Origin: Mizuhopecten yessoensis
Lineage: Eukaryota
Direction: 5' to 3'
DNA length: 64,000 bases
Assembly (NCBI RefSeq): GCF_002113885.1
Contig: NW_018479986.1
Span: 124,001 to 188,000 of the forward strand
The notes beneath the pieces were generated by a model. That model had not been told where the DNA came from, searched no databases, and saw only the letters and a list, made by a program, of their open reading frames with translations. Both the position numbers and the translations under genes were made by a program. Of the stretch, positions 1-13,549 are shown in pieces. Each line of letters starts with the position of its first letter. Position 1 is the stretch's first letter.

Positions 1-616
1 GTATAATATAAAATATTCTTTCGCGGTTTGGATTTTTCAAATTATTTCGTGTATATAAACTTTCGTTGTTAGCCCGCACAACGAAATGTAAATGTGAGTT
101 GTTTTCGTTGATCTGACCATCGGTATTTAAACTAAGATAGGAACACGTTTCTTCGTTGTTGTTGTTGTTGTTGTTATGTTGCTGTGACAATATTCATAAT
201 CATACACGTACAATGTATATACCTTTGTGTTCACATTTTTGGTTGAAATAAAGTTCATATAATTGTTACATTTTCGTTGGTTATATTCTTTCGAGTTATA
301 GAAATATTCATTGTATTTATATTCCTGGTTAATTACCAGCCACGAAAAGAACGAAAATGTATACACAACGAACATTTCGTGTTATAAAGTATGTTAAAAT
401 TATGCCATGATAGTCTTATATTTGATCATTATTTTAACATAAAATCTGTAGGCTTACAAATATTATACTGTAAACAGAAATTATCAACTCAATGTTGATA
501 TAAATATCCACGTGCCACTTGACTAATTTTACATAACAATTCTTGTTTCTTTACACCATGATATATATATCTTCTAACAATTTAAATGTACATTTTTTTC
601 CATCGCATTACCATAC

Positions 617-809
617 TGCGGTGGCTCAGTGGTTAAGGCGTCTGGCATTCTGCTACCACAAGCCCTCCACCACTGGGTTGCGGGCTCGAGGCCTACGTGG
701 GGAAGTTGCCAGGTACCGGCCGTAGATCGGTGGTTTATTCTCCGGGAACTCCGGCTTTCCTCCACCACTAAAACCTGGCGCGTCCTCAAGTGTCCATGGC
801 CGTAAAAAC
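617..809 (+). mobile_element. tRNA-derived V-domain SINE
   Basis: A-box TGGCTCAGTGG; V-domain-like core TTCTCCGGGAACTCCGGCTTTCCTCCACCA; 11-bp TSD CATTACCATAC at 606-616 and 810-820; second, internally deleted copy at 50743-50890. Confidence 0.8.
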
Positions 810-1559
810 CATTACCATACAATAAAAACTCAAAATATTTCTAATCTCAGTTTTTATATATAATATGTTAGGGAAAACATACTGATTCAAAATACCTTAA
901 ATCATTTCCTGTACATTTCTTGACTTGGTAACTTCTGACAAACATTGTGTGAACTTTTTCCACATCTTTGGCTTCATAATGATCCCATATCTCACTTGAA
1001 TATTCTAAAACACTGTTATATGTTGATATATGTATCAAATACTGAGCATTGTGTCTTTATATCAAAAAAAATTAACTAACTTTTTATTGCAAAATTCGTT
1101 TTTCCACCTTGGTTAGAAACACATTTTTTTAAATTATTTTTTCCGTTATAAAAGTAGTTAAAGTCACCAATCACTCGTATATCTACATTATTATAAAGCC
1201 ACTTTTCGACAGATCGCGGTCTACCATTATCTTGTCTTTGTTTTATACACATCAAGTTTTAACTTCTAATTATTGTTGTATAACAATAAAGCATCTAACA
1301 TTCTTACCTTTTCAAGATTACATGATTCGAACAATTTTCTACTTGAGTCATCGAATCCGTCAAAATCTGTCAAACCATAAGGGGGGGGGGGGGGCGCTAA
1401 ACAAGTTTGGCCCCTGAAGAATCGGGGATTTTCTTTTATGTCTACAATTGGGGGACATTGAACAGATCAAATTAGATCTTCTGCCCCCATTGCAACACAC
1501 TTGGGGTCTTAAATCTTTCCTTTCTTTTTTCACTGTTATGCCTTTCTGTGGTGTGTCGT

Positions 1560-2360
1560 GCCGCCTGGGAAGCATAGCGAACACTGAAGGATCACTCTGT
1601 CCGTCATCACACGTTGTCGTTGGCGGCGGCAGTCACATTTAAGTTTTCCAGACTTTTTTTTTCGCCACCATTTACCATATCAATTTGTAACTATGTATGT
1701 GGCTTAATCATAATAGATTACAGATCAAGTTCGAACCACGTGACAATAAAAAAAAGCTGGAGTTACATGAATGGCCCTTTGCACATTCGAATTTCTCATA
1801 ATTAACTGTTTGCCATACTTTGTTCGTTACCGCTTGCCACTTAGAATGTCGCTTTATCATAATGGATTACAGTTAGAGTCAAAACCCTGTGTCAATATTT
1901 CATTGTTGCTGGAGTTATGGCCTTTTGCACATAAGAAATCTCATAATTAATTGTTTTCCCGGACTTTTTTTCGCTACCACTTGCAACATCAATTTGTTAC
2001 TTAATATGTGTTACAAAATGGATTACAATTTGAGTTTGAACCATGTATTAATAATCCTTTTTTGACTGGAATTATAGCCTTTTTGCACATAGGAAATTCT
2101 CATAATTAACTGTTTTCCATATTATTTGTAACTTAGTATACATGTATAATGGAATACAGTTTGAGTAAGAATCCAGTGTCAATTATCTATTTTTTTCTGG
2201 AGTTATAGCCCTTTGCACATAGAAAATTCTTATTAGTAACTGTATTTATTTTCGCGACCACTTGCCACATTAATACGTAACTTGATGCTTGACTTTTTCT
2301 TGAATGCTGGATTACAGTTCGAGTTCGATCCTCATGTCAAATTATATTTATTGCTGGAGG
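1560..2360. repeat. Helentron/HINE-like non-autonomous element with internal ~130-160-bp degenerate tandem repeats
   Basis: Recurring unit (CTGGAGTTATGGCC..TTGCACAT..GAAATCTCATAATTAACTG) near 1755, 1907, 2065, 2196, 2351; preceded by a TCTGTCCGTC/GGCGGCGGC microsatellite-like leader. Confidence 0.5.
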
Positions 2361-2639
2361 CAACACACAGGCACACACAATACGTATCATGCACTAATGA
2401 TACCATCCGCATATGACCTCAGATGTTGTGTGGACGTTAAGCTCCCTCCACCTACCAACAAGCAACTGAAAGCATAATGTTTTTCATATGGCCATTATGG
2501 TGACCATGATATTTCAAAATGACACCCTTTAATTGTGTGGGTGCACGTGCCGGCAACACATCCACTTCCTCAAATTGTAGTTTTCTTCTATAGGTGCCTC
2601 CATGACACCCATCCTCATATGACCCTGGTTGTTGCGAGA

Positions 2640-5600
2640 ACATACATATATGGCAGCCATTTTGTCTAATTAGAGAACGGATGTCATAGTTGAGTTCGCG
2701 GTACCATCATACACCTACATGCTAAGTTTGGAATGCATTGGAAAATATCTATAAAACATGTAAAATAGGATAGGATATGTGGCATAGGCTATCTTTAGCG
2801 AACACCTTAAGAACTTTTAAATTCCCAAAAAATTTAAAAATTCATGGCGGCCATCTTGGACTACCGATCGAGATAAAAATAGCCTGTTGCACACCTTGAC
2901 CCCCAGTATATGTGTGTAGTTTCATGATGATCTGCTCAGTAGTTTCTGAGAAAACCTCCAGACAAGTTCATGGCCGAAGAAGAAGAATAAGAAGAAGAAC
3001 ACAGAATAACTAGTACTAATTGTAACAGATGCCGTTACAGAAGTCCCCCAACGACCCCTGTTGGACTTAGGGACTTTGGCAAAATCAGACAACAGCTAAA
3101 TTGCGATCAATGAAGGACTCCGTTTTGTTACCATGGCAACTGAGTTGTTCGAAACTGTTGATATTGTGTCCTGCAACCTTTCAAACCCCTATGTACCAAT
3201 TCTGGGCAGATTCAGACCACAGCTAAATTTCGACCAATCAAAGGCCTCTATTTCATTACCATGGCAACTAAACTTTTCGAAACTGTTACCATTGTGTTCG
3301 GCATCCCTCAAAACTCCTATGTACCAATTCCGGGCAGAATCAGACAACATCTATATTTCGACCAATCAGAACCAGTATATGGCAGCCATTTTGATTAATT
3401 ATAAAACGGATGTCAAAGTTGAGTTCGCGGTACCATCATACACCTACATGCCAAATTTGGAATGCATTGGAAAATATCTATAAAACATGTAAAATAGGAT
3501 AGGTGGCAAAGGCTATCTATGGCGAACACCTTTAGAAATTTTAAATTCCCAAAAATTTCAAAAATTCATCGCAGCCATCTTGGACTTCCGCTCGAGATAG
3601 AAATAGCCTGTTGCACACTAAGACCCCCTAATGAGTAAACGTGTGTAGTTTCATGATGATCCGCCCAGTAGCTTCTGAGAAAACCTCCGGACATGTTCAT
3701 GGCTGAAGAAGAAGAACACAGAAGAACTAGTAACAATTGTAACGGATGGCCGTTACAGATTAGTCCCCCAAACGACCCCTGTTGGACTTAGGAACTTAGG
3801 CAAAATCAGACAACAGCTATATTTCGACCAATCAGATGACTCCATTTTGTTACCATGGCAACTGAGCTGTTCGAAACTGTTACCATTGTGTTTGGTATCC
3901 CTTAAAACCCCTATTTACCAATTCTGGGCAAAATCAGACAACATTTACATTTCGAACAATCAGAGGGCTCCATTTCGTTACGATGGCAACTAAATCTTTC
4001 GTAACTGTTACCATCGTGTTTCGCATCCCTCAAAACCCTCATGTATCAATTCTAGGCAGAATCAGACAACATCTAAATTTCGAACAATCATAGGCCTCCA
4101 TTTCGTTACCATTGCAACTGAACTTTTCGAAACTGTTACCACTGCGTTCAAAATCCCTGAAAACCCCTATGTACGAATTTTGGGCAGACACAGAAAACAA
4201 CTAAATTTCGGCCAATCAGAGGCCTCCATTTCGTTACCATGGCAACTGAACTTTTCGAAACTGTTACCATTGTGTTCGGAATGCCTGAAAACCCCTATGT
4301 ACTAATTTTGGGCAGAATCAGACAACAGCTAAATTTCGACCAGCCAGAGGCCTCCATTTTCGACCAAAGAGAGGCCTCCATTTGGTTACCATGACAACTG
4401 AGCTGTTCGGAACTGTTTCCATTGTTTTCGGCAGCCCTGAAAACCCTTATGTACCAATTTTCAACGAAATCAGAGCCAAAAACTCCAAAACCGGAAGTAA
4501 GGTTCTGGCGGCCATCTTGGACATCCGGTCGAGGTAAAAAAAATCCTGTTGCATACCTTGACCCCCTAATGATTATGTGTGTGAAGTTTTATGATGATCC
4601 GCTCAATAGCTTCTGAGAAAACCTGAGAAAACCTGAGAAAGAAGAAGGAGAAAAAGAAGAAGAACACAGAGGAATAAAAACAATAAGTCCCCAAACCATG
4701 TTTGGGGAACTTAATAAGAAGAAGAAGAAGAAGGAGAAGAAGAAGAAGAAGAAGAAGAAGAAGAAACGGAGTAAAAACAATAAGTCCGCAAAACTTTGTT
4801 TTGGGGGACTTAATAACAAGTGCTAATTGTAATGGGGGGCCCATTACAGATGTCCCCCAAACTGCCCCCATAGTCGCGAAGATGCATCAGAAAAGGTTAG
4901 GAATGCCATAGTACTATTACAATATACATGTGAATTGCGACCAATCAGAAGTGTCTGTGGTTTTTTATGACAATTATACATATGCGATTGATTTCGAAGT
5001 CCCCTAATACCCCTATATACCAATTTTCATCAAAATAGAACAATATCTATATTTCGACCAATCAGAAGCCCCCATGTGGTAGGTATAGCAACGAAACATA
5101 TGCGGGTGAAGTCGCAGTCCCCTAATAACCATATATACCAATTTTCATAAAAATCAAACAATATATATATTTTGACCAATCAGAAGCCTCCATGTAGTTG
5201 CTGTGACGTTGCTTTTGCAATGAAACCTATTATGCAGTTGAAATCGCAGTCTCCTGATACCCCTATATACCAATTTTCATCAAAATCGAACAATATCTGA
5301 AATTGACCAATCATAAGCCTCCATATGGTTGCTATGGCAACGAAACTTATGCGGTTGAAATCGCAGTGCCCTAATACCCCTATATACCAATTTTCATTAA
5401 AATCGAACAATGTCTAAAATTGACCAATCAGAAGCCACCGTGTCGTTGCTATGGCAACGATCTGATCGGAATGTAAAACGCAATTTGCACACCTCCCCAT
5501 GCTCATCTATAAGTTTGCAATGTTTCATTAAGTTCTGTCCAGACATCTCTGAGTTTACCTCCGGAAAGTTTCACGGCGGAAGATATTGAAAGAATAATAA

Positions 5601-5760
5601 TACCAAAAAATTCGTTTGGGGGACATAATAAGGAACGGAGTAAAAACAATAAGTCCCTAAACTTTGTTTGGGGGACATAATAATTGTAACGGGTGGTCGT
5701 CACAAAAGTCCCCCAAACGACCCCTGTTGGACTTAGGCAGAATCAGACAACATCTAAATT
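2640..5760. repeat. Nested HINE/Helentron-like elements with ~128-bp and ~118-bp tandem arrays and (AAG)n microsatellite
   Basis: 128-bp period units (GACCAATCAGAGGCCTCCATTTCGTTACCATGGCAAC) at ~3825, 3953, 4081, 4209, 4337; related ~118-bp units at 4939-5430; terminal hairpins AAGTCCCCAAAC..GTTTGGGGAACTT at ~4685, 4780, 5650; (AAG)n at 4716-4765. Confidence 0.65.
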
Positions 5761-8700
5761 TGGTTGGAATCCATCAAGGAATCGCATGGCCACAGTTAAA
5801 TATCACCAGGTTAAATTTATAATCAAACTTGCTGTATACATGTATTTGTATACTTTCATCTTTTATCATTTTGTAGTTACCAATAAAAGTTGGAATATAA
5901 TAACTGGCATATTGGGCCTTCCAAGGCCCTGATCTTATGAAAGGAGCCAAGAAACTCAAAATGCTTTCATTTTTTTTTTCAAATTTTTATTGTTGCAGAT
6001 TTAAATTTACAATTGAAAGCTGCCAGGGTTGGGGCCCTGGTATCAGCTTCGTTACAATAAATGTCCTCTCGCAGGAGAGCTCTCGTACACCATACTTCGA
6101 GTCTCAGACAATCATTAGGTCATACCTTCATTCATTTTTTCTTTTGTACATGATATATTCATATCCATCTCATTGCTGAAGTTCAATCACACATTCATTA
6201 TTTCATTCAAACAACCATTTGTTCTTGTGTTATAATTATAAATGAGTAGCGAGGGAAGTCTTATTCAATATTGTCGGTCATCTCTCTTCATTTTAAAGTT
6301 GCCCCACTTACAAGCGTCATGTATGGTATTTTGTTGTAAAATGTAGTCCTGTACATCAATATGTTTTCTATGTTTTTGCTTTGATAACTACTCTATGGAA
6401 TACTACCATTATAAACTTCTGAGTCTGATGCATTTTTTTCCACACCAGATATATCAGATGACTGAGCTCTGCAATATGAAAATAAAAGAAGAATTATCAT
6501 TTACCAGAATCTATGGCTATGCATGAAAGATTAATTGCAATATGTTTCAGGCAATCTAGTGAATCTACTGTAGTACAAATTTAATAATCATAACAAAATA
6601 TAAAATCTGTTTAACACCCTATCCTACCCTGAGTTTGGGCCCTCTGGGGCCAACTGATAAGTTTTGGTGGGAACCATAACATTTCTGGAAATATTGAAAT
6701 ACTGTAACATGGTTCGACCCGCTAGTTTTACCCAAACTTGAAATGATACACACAAAATAAATGAAGAAACAACTAGAAACATGAATGCTGCCTTTCCCCT
6801 GCTTTATTTGCAGTAGACCTTTTCTCAAATCTTGCGAAGTACAAATTATGTGTTTTTTTACCCTAAAAGTGTTAGAAAATTAAAGCTTCACACAATCTGA
6901 TGTCATATTTGTTTTGCATTATCCATTAGTATACATCATTTCAAGTTTCTTTTGCTTACCACTTGTACTTTTCTAGATTTACCCAAAATTACAGAAAATC
7001 TTTAACCAGCAGACGGACACACGGGCGGAATGGGGTAAAACAGTATGCCCAGACAAAGTCGTACTGGGACATATAATTAAGACTGGTCTAATGCAAAATA
7101 CAATTATAATTTTTGACCCAAGATCTCATGGCAATGTTTCCATTTGATTATAATTTACCATCTGTATACATACATACAGTACACAGTTCACAAGTGTTAC
7201 TAGCTAAGCCTATCATATATGTGATGTATACATAATTTATATTACGACAATTGGTGTGTCGCATTGTGGGTGATATTTTCCATAAAAGTATATACATACA
7301 TGTACATGTACTTACTCTATATCTGAGACGTTGGACATTAGTGTATCTACAGATAGGCTAGGTTCTTTATGGGCAGGTGTGGATGTAATCAGTACTGGTG
7401 TCCCTATAGATGTGTGTGATGCCTTCCTAGACCCAAAAAATGCTACATGTAGGTGTCTCCATTGAAGTACCATGTACCCCCATAAAATACCAGGTGTGGC
7501 AGTAGCTACACCATGTATTTCTTGTGTCACTGAAGTACACCTAAAACATGGAAAAAATTAGAAATTATTTGAAATTAAAATATTCTCCCAATATCTTTTT
7601 TATCACAATTTAAGTAATATCATTGAAAATTTACTGAATTTCACGATACCCCCACCAGTGATGGATGTTATATTAGCTATAGGAGTCACCTGTGCACTCT
7701 CCTTGACCCTGGACCAATAAAGGATGGATTGCTAAATCAGTTCACCATGAATCACCGTAATCAATGAGAAATATTTAAATACAAGGAGAAGGGGTTATAA
7801 TATTTGTTTTTATATTTACTGTAAACAGAATGCAGGTACTGTCTATTACTATAACATCAAAGCAATCAACCAGCAAACACCCCCCAAAACCCCTTCCGGC
7901 GACTTTTGTTTGAAATTTCTAACTGGAAATATTTATTTTTGCAGTTGTATATAACAAACTTCATCTTCATCTTCATCTTTAGACCTTCCTCCGTCAATGT
8001 CGTCAATATTGTCAATATATGTAAACAAAGTTCTATGAATTCAGGATCCATAAACATTATTAAATAATTCACATGTACAGTAGAGTATAATCTGTATTTT
8101 CATGCAATTAATTGTGTACTTCATTACATATACATGTAGCTCTAACATCTTGGATGTGGGAGAATTATAAATATATTATACTCGTCTGATAGGCCTTACA
8201 ATTTTACTAATTGATATTAAAAAAACTCTTATTTTATATGACAACACTGTAAATAAAGATAAAAACACGTGTAAAATAATAAATAATTTCGAAAACCACC
8301 CCAAACAAAATTAAGTTTTGTCTGTACACTAATTTAAAATGTATGTAAAAAATACCCCCCAAGGGGCCCCACTGAAAACAGACGTGAAAGAAAGGTGTCA
8401 GTTTCCCATCAATTTACATTTTTCCTGGACACTGTTAACAAGTGCGCCCTACAAACATCTTAAAGGTAGCGTTTGCCAACACAATCATTCACATTAAAGT
8501 AAATTTATACAACTTGTGTTCTATAATTGCGAACAGTTGACAGCCTGGCACACTTACCGAGAAGATTCTGCGCTGCGTGTTCGTGTCCACCTACTATGCT
8601 GCTTCCAATGTCTTTATAAAGGGTTGTCCAACGCCCATTGCTTTTTTGTGTGTTTTGTAGTGGACTCTGTATCCGTTCTTTGACGATGTCATGGCTTTTG

Positions 8701-9888
8701 CATACATCTTTCTTTCGCCGCGATTTTTACAATGGCCTTGTTGATGACGCGCATGCGGTAAAACTACATCACTGATCTTGGTTAAGTGAGAGTTTTAGAC
8801 TGTCAGGTGACGATTTAGGATTTCTTAGGACACCATTAAAACATGACTTTAGATCATGTACAATGTATCAGGATAACACTAGTTTACAGATTTAATTTAA
8901 ACAAACAGGCTAAGCATCACACGCACGAATTTTCAGATTGATGTCATTAATGTCCAGCTACATAACCCTAATCGGATAATATTCTTAGAAAAAGCTAGAA
9001 TGCCTTGCGTCATCAAACTCGGACTATGTGGAAAAGTTTCCATATGTCTTCACTTTTACAGGATTCGTTCAAAACGTCAATTGAAGTGAATTAAGTCAAT
9101 ACCCAGATTTTACCCATCCTCCCCTAATTTTTTACTTGTAAAATGGGCCATCCGCCTTACCAGAAACAAGGACCTAATTTTTCATGTAATAGGCTGTCGC
9201 AAAAAATAAATACAAAAAATTGTCCACTCGGCATTATAAAAGTCCTATCTTGTCTTTTTTATTCCAGATTTTACCCATCCTCCCCTAATTTTTTACTTGT
9301 AAAATGGCCCATCCGCCTGACAAGAAACAAGGATCTAATTGTTTTTAGCCTAATACATTTAATACATTTTTATATTAATATATTGAGATAAAAACACTTC
9401 ATAAAACAAGAACATCGCAATTGGTATCGTATTTATTTTCAGTTTTCATAGTCAGTTATTCATACTTCATACAAGAAGCAATACAAACGATTGTGACCTT
9501 GGCACAGTAATGTAACGTAAACAATACAAATATTATATATATACTACAAAACAGCTGGCAGACCTTGCACACAACTCACATACACACTTACAAACGCTCT
9601 CATTCATAAATGTTTGTTTGTTTGTTTGTTTATGTTTAACGGCCCATCGACGGCTGTGGTCATTTAGGGCCATGGTGATTTATTTATTTATTTTACTTTT
9701 TTAACAAACATGTGAATAGCGAAGATAAAATCAGATAAAATGGTTCATTTTAAACGTATTCGCATTGTATGTGTAGATAATAAAAAATAATAAAAGGGGG
9801 TTAAAATAATAAAAGAGATAACGAATAGATGATATGGAATATGCGATATATATATAACGTCAAAAAGGATAAGGTGGGTTAAAAGACA

Positions 9889-12800
9889 TCAGAGTCTATA
9901 AAATAGACCGATGTCTTTCAAATAGTTAAATAATGCCTTCGAATCCACGGAACTGAAAAGTGTTTTCATATCCGGGACTCGGAAGTAGTTATCACGAATG
10001 TGTTTAAAATCGGAACATTCTATTAAAAAATGCTCCACTGTAAATGGAGTGTCACATGCGTGGCATGAAGGTATATCTTCTCGTTTTAAAAGGTACGAAT
10101 GAGTAGGATATGTGTGCCCAGTGCGGAGCCGAGCGAGGACAACTTCCTCTCTACGATCTTTCCGACTGGGAATAGATGTTTTAAGTTTCGGTTGTATCTT
10201 AAAAAGTTTGTTGTTGGTCTCCAGAGACCAGCGTTTCTGCCATTCATTTTGAATGGCTGTACGAATAGTAGGTTTAAAATCTGTGTATGGTAGTTTGATA
10301 TTTGTTTGTTCGAGATTCAATGCATTTTTTGCTTCCCTGTCAGCAAATTCGTTGCCTTTTATTCCGACATGGCTCGGAATCCATAGTAAAGTTATTTTAG
10401 ACTTTTTTAATATACGAGATATTCGAAGAGCAAGGTTTTGTACGATTGTGTTTTTAGGATCTCGTAACTGTAAACTCTGTAGGACAGATAGAGAGTCTGA
10501 ACAAATAATTGCCTTTTTAATGCGGTGTTCATCGATATGGTCGAGGGCCAAACCAATGGCGCATGCTTCAGCAGAAAAGATGGAGGCGCCGTCTGGTAGT
10601 CGGACTGAAGTGCAAGTATTGGCAGTACAGCAGGCTGCTGCCACTTTCTCACCTTCTTTGGAGCCATCGGTGTAAAGTTGTGTATGAGAAGGGTAATTCG
10701 AAATGCATTCCCGAAAGGAGGATTTGTGTTCTTCGGGCATAACACTTGATTTCCCTCGCTCATGTAATGTAAAGTTAAAATCAGGGGTTTAAATGGTCCA
10801 CGGAGGAACATCTGATATGTTAAATTCAGCTATGTCCGTCAATTTTATGTTGAGTTCTTGCAGGAAATTCAAAATTCGGATACCAAATGTTGGCAGAAGT
10901 TTTTGGTTTTGCGTAAATATGTTTTGGTATTTGGGGTTGAATACTTGGTCGAAAGCAGGATTTTTAGGGTTTGATTTTAATTGAGCTGCAAATTGTAATG
11001 AAAGTTTTTTTTCTTCTGTCATAAAGGGATGGTTCATTTGCCTCCACGTACAGGCTTTTTACAGGTGTTGTTCGAAAAGCTCCAAGGGCTCGACGTAGCC
11101 CTTGGTTATGGATTGGGTCTAGCATCTGAAGGTACGAACTGCGCGCCGACCCGTATACCATAGAACCATAATCCAGTTTTGTTCGAATAAGTGATCTGTA
11201 TAGGCGCAAAAGCATTTCCCGACCCGCTCCCCAATCAGTATGAGAAAGGACTCGTATGTATAACGCCTTGGAACACTTATCCTTCAGATACTTTATATGT
11301 GGTATGAAAGAGAGTTTCGAATCAAAAATGAGGCCGAGAAATTTAGTCTGTTCAACAACAGGAATTCTAGTGCCATCGAGTGTTAGATTTGGGTCATTGT
11401 GTGCTTTTCGTTTTTGACAGAAATGCATGCACACAGTTTTGGATTTAGAGAATTTGAAGCCGTTTTCGTCTGCCCAATTTTGTAGTTTGTTTAAACTCTG
11501 TTGAAGTTGTCGTTCTATCGTGTGCATGTTCTTAGATCTGTAACAGATCAAGAAGTCATCCACAAATAACGACCCTTCTGTTGATTGACCAAGACATTTG
11601 ACTATATCATTGATTTTAAGACCAAACAGTGTGACTGATAGGATTCCACCCTGTGGGACTCCCATTTCCTGTTTAGACGTTTCAGAAAAAGTTGAACCAA
11701 CACGGACTTTGAAGTGTCTATCTGATAGGTAATTAGATATAAAATTGGGAAGGTTTCCACGTACGCCAAGGTCGTGAAGATCTTTCATGATGCCATACTG
11801 CCATGTAGTATCATAGGCCTTCTCAAGATCGAAGAACACAGCGACAAGGTGTTCTTTCTTGGCGAAAGCCTCTCGAATGAACGTCTCTAATCTGATGAGA
11901 TGGTCATTTGTCCCTCTTCTATTTCTAAAGCCACTTTGAAGAGGGGATATTATATCGTTGGCCTCAAGAAACCAAACCAGTCTAGTGTTTATCATTCGTT
12001 CCAAAGTTTTACATACACAACTAGTCAGAGAGATAGGACGATAGTTGTTTGGGTCAGTAGCATCTTTTCCCGGTTTTGGGATAGGTATAATTGTGGAGTT
12101 CTTCCACGAATCGGGAATCTTTCCGGAAGCGTAAACTTGGTTGAATATGTAAAGAAGGCATGTTAGTGAAGAGTCCGGTAAGTGCTTTAGAAATTGATAT
12201 GGAATATCATCAGGACCTGAAGCAGTGTCCTGTGATTTTCTAAGCGAATCAACAAGTTCTGGTAGGGTAAATTGTTCATTATAACTTTCTTTGTTTGATG
12301 ATTTGAAATTGAGCCGTTTCTTTTCTCTCTTTTTTTTCAAAGACTGGAATTTTTGGGAGTGGTTTAAAGGGGATGAGTTTTTAGCTATGTTTTTTGCAAA
12401 TGCATCAGCAATTTCAGTTATAGACGAGAAAATTTTGTTTTTATTAATGAGGTGGGAGGATGTTGCCTTTTTCTTTTTCCCACTTATTTTCCGAATCATA
12501 TCCCATACTTTTTTGGAGGACGTGTTTGATGATATCTTGGATACATATTCTCTCCAGCTGTTTCTTTTGTCAATTTTAATTGATCGCCGAGCCTTTGCCC
12601 GCCAAATTTTAAATTCACTGTAGTTTGAAGCAGTTGGGCAATTGAAGTAGCGTCTTAGAGCAGCTGCCCGATTACTGCGTGTTTCAAAAGATTCTTCAGA
12701 TAAAAGGAACTTCGTAGGTTTTGGAGCGGATTTTGGAATTGTCTTTTGGGCAATTGAAGTGAGTGTTTCAGTAAAAGTTTTGATAGGGTCGTCGAGGTTA

Positions 12801-13549
12801 GTAAAATTGTCTATGGTTAGTTTTTCAATGCACATGTGTTGGAATTGGGCCCAATCTGCTTTGTGCATATTCCATCGAGGTAGAGGATCATCAAGAGGAG
12901 TCCCAATATTCTGAAGAAAAATTGGGAAGTGGTCACTCCCACAAAGATCATCATTTACCCTCCAGTCATAGTCAAGTAAAATGGATGGATGGCATAATGA
13001 TAGATCAATGTGGGTACGAGAGCCTGTAGCAGGGTGTAAATAAGTAGGGGTATTGTTGTTAAAAAGGCACAAGTTGTTTTTATCTATAAATTCCTCAATA
13101 CGTCTTCCTCTCTCGTCTGTGTTGGGAGAGCCCCACAGGCTATTATGACCATTAAAATCACCGAGGATTATGAATGGTGTTGGGAGCTGGGAGACGAGAT
13201 TATTGAGTTGCTCACAAGTGAAAACAATACTCGGAGGGAGATAAATTGAACAGACGGTTATTTGTCTGTGTAATGTTGCACAGACAGCAACAGCCTGTAA
13301 ATTTGTGTTTAACTTGATCATTCTGTGAGGAATATTTTTATGGACAGCTACCGCTGCGCCACCTGCTGCTCTGCTAACTACAGTTGGAATGTTAGTGTAG
13401 AGTGAGAAATTTCTAAGCGTGATTGGGTTTTTGAGCATGATTTCTTGTAGACAAAAAATGGCGGGTCTAAATTCTTTTGATAGATTCTGAAATTCTTCTA
13501 TATTTGCCTTTAATCCGCGGATGTTCCATTGGATAATTGTATTATTTAT
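9889..13549 (-). pseudogene. LINE ORF2: AP endonuclease - reverse transcriptase - RNase H, disrupted
   Basis: Frame opens IIQWNIRG..CLQE upstream of Met at 13438; GDFN and SDH (APE); YRPISL, FFDLEKAYD, GVPQG, FVDD (RT); YTDGS, CSDS, WIPSHVGIKGNEFAD (RNase H, 9889-10740); CHAC..H..C. One frameshift in an A-run near 11010 and one in-frame TAA at 10789-10791. Confidence 0.93.

Noticed and set aside
3825-4460. CRISPR-like regular repeats
   Set aside because: Whole units repeat without unique spacers; eukaryotic context; no cas genes.
4566-4911. Poly-Arg, poly-Leu and poly-Phe ORFs
   Set aside because: Translations of the (AAG)n microsatellite in a repeat element.
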